Source: Halothiobacillus sp.
GTDB taxonomy: Bacteria > Pseudomonadota > Gammaproteobacteria > Halothiobacillales > Halothiobacillaceae
Length of the DNA stretch: 64,000 bases
NCBI GenBank assembly: GCA_035531235.1
Contig: DATKTJ010000117.1
Coordinates: forward strand, 44,085-108,084
Direction of reading: 5' to 3'
The notes below the pieces were generated by a model that did no database searches, had not been told where the DNA came from, and saw only the letters and a program-made list of their open reading frames with translations. This document shows positions 59,613-64,000 of the stretch, piece after piece (the stretch's first letter is position 1; every line of letters begins with the position of its first letter). Position numbers and translations under genes: made by a program.

Positions 59613-61496
59613 ATGAATGCTGCGTCCGCGTCCCCTGGTCGTGTTCGTTTAACGCTACTGGCAACGGGTATCGTCTATGGCGATATCGGAACCAGTCCCC
59701 TTTATACCCTCAGCACCATATTCAATGCAGGAACCCACCCCGTCGGGATCAACCCGATGCATATCCTGGCGGTGCTTTCGCTGATCTTCTGGTCATTGAT
59801 GGTGGTTGTTTCCATCAAGTATGTCGTGTTCATCATGAGAGCCGACAATCAGGGTGAAGGTGGAATCATGGCACTGATGGCCCTGGCGTTGCGCTCCCTG
59901 CGCAGTCACTCCCGGCTTCGCGTTGGGGTGATGATGCTGGGTATTCTGGGGGCGGCTCTGTTCTATGGAGATAGTGCGATCACCCCGGCGATTTCCGTAC
60001 TTTCTGCAGTCGAGGGGCTGGAAATCGCCAGTCAGGATATGAAACCCTTCGTGATTCCGATCACGCTGGTCATCCTCTGGTTCCTGTTCGTTTTCCAACG
60101 GCGCGGTACGGCCGGTATCGGGCGTTGGTTCGGTCCGGCGATGGTGCTGTGGTTTGTGACCCTCGCTATCCTGGGGGTTGTCGGGATTGTGCATGCACCC
60201 CAGGTTCTCCAGGCACTGAATCCGATGTATGCCATTGACTTTATTCGAGAGTCCCCTTGGGTGGGGTTTCTTTCCCTTGGGGGCGTTGTACTGGCGGTGA
60301 CGGGGGCCGAAGCGCTTTATGCGGATATGGGGCATTTTGGTCGCTTTCCCATTCAGCTTGCCTGGTTCAGTCTGGTTCTGCCGTCGCTGGTATTGAATTA
60401 TTTTGGTCAGGGGGCTTTATTGCTGGCGCAGCCGGAGGATATCAGCAACCCGTTTTTTCGGTTGGCGCCGGATTGGGCGTTGTACGCACTGGTCGGGTTG
60501 GCGACGGCTGCGACCGTGATCGCGTCTCAGGCCGTGATTTCCGGTACGTTCTCCATCACCCGCCAGGGGATGCAACTGGGATATATTCCCCGTTTGAATG
60601 TGTTGCAGACATCGGAAGATCAACAAGGACAGATCTTCATTCCTGCGGTCAACTGGGCGCTTCTGCTGGCTGTCGTGGCCCTGGTGGTCGGATTCAAGTC
60701 CTCCGCGCATCTGGCCACCGCTTATGGCATCGCCGTGACGGGGACGATGGTCATTACGTCAATGCTGGCACTGATCGTGGTGAGTCGACTCTGGCACATG
60801 GGTTGGGTACGGGGCGCTCTGCTGATAGTCATCTTTCTGGCCGTCGATCTGGCCTTTTTCGGCGCCAATCTCATCAAGATCGAAGAAGGCGGTTGGCTGC
60901 CGTTGTCCACCGCATTGGTTCTGTTCGTTCTGATGATGACCTGGAAGCAGGGTCGGGACTGGTTGCGACTAAAACTGCAACAGGAGGCTCTGGATCTCCA
61001 CGCTTTTGCCGCCGCCCTCGGTGAGCAAACAATCCCCCGTGTGACGGGTACGGGCGTCTTTTTGACCGGCAACCCCGATGGGGTTCCCCATGCCTTGCTG
61101 CATAATCTCAAGCACAACAAGGTGCTACATGAACATGTGGTGGTGCTGTGTGTGCGTTTTCTCGATGTGCCCACCGTACCTGAGGCCGAACGACTGGATT
61201 ATCAAATATTACCCAACGCGTTTTATCGTTTGGTGGTGAGTTTCGGCTTCAAGGATGAGCCGGATATTCCCCGTGCATTGTATTTGGCCGCAGCCCAACA
61301 GGATTTGCCTGTGCTGCCCATGAGCACGTCCTATTTCATTGGAAGGGAGACCCTGATTCCCGGTGCCGACTCACCGATTCCCCTGTGGCGTCAGAAGCTC
61401 TTTATCGGGATGTTCCGCAATGCCGGGAGTGTGGTGAGTTATTTCAATATTCCCCCGCACATGGTGGTCGAGCTCGGCACGCAGATTGTGTTTTAA
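59613..61496 (+). CDS. kup: KUP-family potassium transporter
   Basis: GIVYGDIGTSPLY, ADNQGEGG, TPAISVLSAVEGL, EALYADMGHFG, HNLKHNKVLHE. Confidence 0.97.
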   Translation: MNAASASPGRVRLTLLATGIVYGDIGTSPLYTLSTIFNAGTHPVGINPMHILAVLSLIFWSLMVVVSIKYVVFIMRADNQGEGGIMALMALALRSLRSHSRLRVGVMMLGILGAALFYGDSAITPAISVLSAVEGLEIASQDMKPFVIPITLVILWFLFVFQRRGTAGIGRWFGPAMVLWFVTLAILGVVGIVHAPQVLQALNPMYAIDFIRESPWVGFLSLGGVVLAVTGAEALYADMGHFGRFPIQLAWFSLVLPSLVLNYFGQGALLLAQPEDISNPFFRLAPDWALYALVGLATAATVIASQAVISGTFSITRQGMQLGYIPRLNVLQTSEDQQGQIFIPAVNWALLLAVVALVVGFKSSAHLATAYGIAVTGTMVITSMLALIVVSRLWHMGWVRGALLIVIFLAVDLAFFGANLIKIEEGGWLPLSTALVLFVLMMTWKQGRDWLRLKLQQEALDLHAFAAALGEQTIPRVTGTGVFLTGNPDGVPHALLHNLKHNKVLHEHVVVLCVRFLDVPTVPEAERLDYQILPNAFYRLVVSFGFKDEPDIPRALYLAAAQQDLPVLPMSTSYFIGRETLIPGADSPIPLWRQKLFIGMFRNAGSVVSYFNIPPHMVVELGTQIVF

Positions 61497-61548
61497 CGTT
61501 GGGTGGCCCCACGTTGACTCCAGGACTACGGGGCTGGGGGCGGGATGA

Positions 61549-62223
61549 TCAGCTGGGTTTTTTGATGCGTAAAACCCAAACGGTTTCGGCCAGCTCCTGA
61601 CCGACGGCACAGTGTTGCCGGCCGACAAGCAGGGCAACATCGGCAGACCCCGGAGGTGTCTCGGTCCGCTTGATCGGTTGACCTGGGATCAGCCCGAGCT
61701 GCGTCAGTACCTGCAGTTGCCCGCCATTCTGGGCCGAGAGACGTACGATGGTGGCTGGCTCGCCCGGCGCGAGGTCGGTCAGGGCCACCAGATCGCGTCG
61801 TTCGATGGGCGCTTCGGTGGCAACGGGAATGGGCGCACCATGGGGATCGAACTCGGGTTTGCCAAGATGCGCCCAGAGTCGATCGATCAGGGCGCTGGAA
61901 AAGGCATGTTCCAGGATTTCGGCTTCGGCATCAACCTCGGCAAGCGGCACGTCCAGGTCACGAACCAGGAAAGTTTCGATCACCCGGTGACGACGGATCA
62001 TGTCGACCGCTACGGCGCGGCCCGTCGGTGTGAGGCGGGCGCCTTGATAGCGTTCGTAGTCGATCAGGCCATCGTTGCCCAATCGTTTGAGCATGGCAGT
62101 CACGGATGCTTGTGCAATGCCCAGTCGTTCAGCAATCGCCGAGGTGCTGGCGGGTTGGTCGGGCGTCTGCTCGGCCAGTTTGAAAATGGCTTTCAGATAA
62201 TCTTCGTAGGCAGTACTGGTCAT
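61549..62223 (-). CDS. mntR: DtxR/MntR-family metal-dependent regulator with C-terminal FeoA domain
   Basis: EDYLKAI, SVT.MLKRL, RRHRVIETFL, EAE.LEH, DPHGAPIP, LGLIPG. Confidence 0.88.
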   Translation of the reverse strand: MTSTAYEDYLKAIFKLAEQTPDQPASTSAIAERLGIAQASVTAMLKRLGNDGLIDYERYQGARLTPTGRAVAVDMIRRHRVIETFLVRDLDVPLAEVDAEAEILEHAFSSALIDRLWAHLGKPEFDPHGAPIPVATEAPIERRDLVALTDLAPGEPATIVRLSAQNGGQLQVLTQLGLIPGQPIKRTETPPGSADVALLVGRQHCAVGQELAETVWVLRIKKPS

Positions 62224-62294
62224 CTGAAGTGTGCGCCATCATCGTGCGCGCCTAGGCAGGCTCGTGTGCGTCGTACTTTTGTGTGGGAAGTCAT
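62220..62294 (-). CDS. Putative 24-aa leader ORF (MTSHTKVRRTRACLGAHDDGAHFR) overlapping the mntR start
   Basis: AGGAGAGG SD 8 nt upstream of ATG 62294; its TGA overlaps the mntR ATG as ATGA. Confidence 0.4.
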   Translation of the reverse strand: MTSHTKVRRTRACLGAHDDGAHFR

Positions 62295-62336
62295 GGGCAG
62301 TGCCTCTCCTGAATGAACGGGGCGCGTACTAACGAA

Positions 62337-62882
62337 TTACGTGCCGCAGGGCGTGCTGGTCGTGGCGTGCAGACGGGCCAGTTCACGATAGAGTCTGGCA
62401 GACTCGTTTAAATAATCGAGTTCGTCCTGGGTCAGTGGGCGTACCTTGCGGGCGGGAGTGCCAAGGTAAAGGAAACCCTGTTCGAGGGTTTTTCCTGGTG
62501 ACACCACGCTGCCCGCGCCGATCATGACCTGATCTTCGACAATCACATCGTCCATGACGATGGCGCCCATGCCGACGAGCACCTGATTGCCGATGGTGCA
62601 GGCGTGCAGGGTGGCGCGATGGCCGACTGTGACGTCATCGCCCACGACACAGCGAGATCCCTGTGGATGTTGTTCGCTCGGTTGATTGACGTGCACGATC
62701 ACGCCATCCTGCAAATTGGTGTTCTTGCCGATCTGGATCTGATTCACGTCACCGCGTAGAACGGTCATGGGCCAAACCGAGACGCCTTCGGCCAGGATGA
62801 CATCCCCGATCACCACCGCAGTCGCATCAATCCAGACATCCGGCCCGATAACCGGGGATTTGTGGGCGAAATTTCGTATCAT
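62337..62882 (-). CDS. Gamma carbonic anhydrase family protein (YrdA-like)
   Basis: IGDV, LRGDVN.I.IG..TN.QD..IVH, VTVGH...LHAC, G.PARKVR.L. Confidence 0.93.
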   Translation of the reverse strand: MIRNFAHKSPVIGPDVWIDATAVVIGDVILAEGVSVWPMTVLRGDVNQIQIGKNTNLQDGVIVHVNQPSEQHPQGSRCVVGDDVTVGHRATLHACTIGNQVLVGMGAIVMDDVIVEDQVMIGAGSVVSPGKTLEQGFLYLGTPARKVRPLTQDELDYLNESARLYRELARLHATTSTPCGT

Positions 62883-62969
62883 CCATTGCCTCGACGCACT
62901 GCACACTAAAAAGTGAAGTTTAGCCGATTGACCCTTGATACGACCATTTAAACCCAAGCGAGATCGATT

Positions 62970-63830
62970 TTGGCATCCTGGCAACACAAATTATCCGCCT
63001 ATTTGGCTTTGACGCGCCTAAACCGCCCCATTGGTATTTTTCTGCTTCTGTGGCCGACCTATTGGGCGCTTTGGATCGCCGGACAGGGGCATCCCAGTCT
63101 GTTTCTGATGGTGATCTTCACCCTGGGCGTCATCGTGATGCGATCGGCGGGTTGCGCCATCAACGATTATGCAGATCGCAAAGTGGATGGATTGGTGGAA
63201 CGTACGCGGAATCGCCCCTTGGCCACAGGTGCCTTGCGCCCGCGAGAGGCGCTGATCGCTTTTTTTGTACTGCTTATGGCGGCGCTGCTACTGGTGTTGC
63301 AACTGAATGCGATGACCATTGCCCTGTCTCTGGTTGCGGTGTTACTGGCCGCCACCTATCCGTTCGGCAAGCGCTTTCATCATCTGCCCCAGTTGCAGTT
63401 GGGCCTGGCCTTTGGCTGGAGTATACCCATGGCCTTTGCCGCCCAGGCCAACGCGCTCCCGCCGGAAGCCTGGTTGCTGTTTGCGGCCAACATGTTCTGG
63501 ACGGTTGCTTACGACACCCTTTATGCGATGGCGGATCGACCGTATGACGAGCAGATTGGTGTTAAATCCACCGCGATTCTGTTTGGTCGGTTCGACCTGC
63601 TTGCCGTGAGTCTGTTGTATCTCGCCACCTTGGGGGCGTTGTCCTGGCTGGGTGCTGCGCTACATTTGGTTGCGGGCTTTTATGCCGTGCTGGGTTTAGC
63701 CGCCGTGACGGCCGTGTGGATAGTATGGGGCGCTCGGTCGCGATCACTGGCGGATAGCGTGCAGGCGTTCAAACGGAATAATATCTTCGGCGCGCTGGTG
63801 ATGATTGCGTTGATACTGGGCTATTTTTGA
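62970..63830 (+). CDS. ubiA: 4-hydroxybenzoate polyprenyltransferase
   Basis: RLNRPIG..LLLWP, RSAGCAINDYADR..D..VERT..RPL, YDTLYAM.DR..D..IGVKSTA. Confidence 0.96.
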   Translation: MASWQHKLSAYLALTRLNRPIGIFLLLWPTYWALWIAGQGHPSLFLMVIFTLGVIVMRSAGCAINDYADRKVDGLVERTRNRPLATGALRPREALIAFFVLLMAALLLVLQLNAMTIALSLVAVLLAATYPFGKRFHHLPQLQLGLAFGWSIPMAFAAQANALPPEAWLLFAANMFWTVAYDTLYAMADRPYDEQIGVKSTAILFGRFDLLAVSLLYLATLGALSWLGAALHLVAGFYAVLGLAAVTAVWIVWGARSRSLADSVQAFKRNNIFGALVMIALILGYF

Positions 63831-63846
63831 ATCGCCGGGCGGTTGG

Positions 63847-63999
63847 TTAAACCGCATCCCCATTCGCACAGGGCACTTGCGCGGCGTCGCGCAGAATATC
63901 GCGGGCTTCCTTCATCACATATAAACCGATGATCAGTCCGATCACGAGATCGGCGTACCGCAGATGGGTCAGGCTGACCACCAGCCCGGATGCAAACAC
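63847..63999 (-). CDS. C-terminal end of a probable cation diffusion facilitator (gene starts beyond the window)
   Basis: VFASGLVVSLTHLRYADLVIGLIIGLYVMKEARDILRDA..* resembles CDF TM5-TM6. Confidence 0.55.
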   Translation of the reverse strand: MFASGLVVSLTHLRYADLVIGLIIGLYVMKEARDILRDAAQVPCANGDAV

Positions 64000-64000
64000 G

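Overview
Mostly housekeeping chromosome from a GC-rich proteobacterium. Gene content and order suggest a Gammaproteobacterium, possibly a Halothiobacillus-like sulfur oxidiser (inference only). Core genes: pheT(3')-ihfA-merR-like, argG, gltX, a complete group-2 mrp/pha Na+(K+)/H+ antiporter operon, pcnB-folK-panB-panC-accA-tilS, nif3-petABC, glycerate kinase, a tRNA operon (Asn-Arg-Glu-Glu), pilZ, pyrC-truD, grxD, uvrD, kup, mntR, a gamma-CA and ubiA. The accessory block at about 29.7-46.7 kb is the most interesting part. (i) A two-gene cyanophycin synthetase locus has complementary active-site losses: copy 1 keeps only the Cx19HxxEH primer-making site, copy 2 keeps the ligase sites but lacks it. 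It is divergent from an ABC exporter and a DUF1854-like gene. (ii) A compact hydrolase-ACP-ketosynthase-Rieske oxygenase operon of unknown product. (iii) A 1595-aa c-di-GMP enzyme with a globin between GGDEF and EAL and a CZB-like tail. Reading below the 60-aa ORF cut-off revealed a self-contained 33-aa membrane-protein gene upstream of an orphan ccoN and a 24-aa leader ORF coupled to mntR. No CRISPR array, transposase, integrase or rRNA was seen. All calls come from motif recognition by eye; no searches were run.
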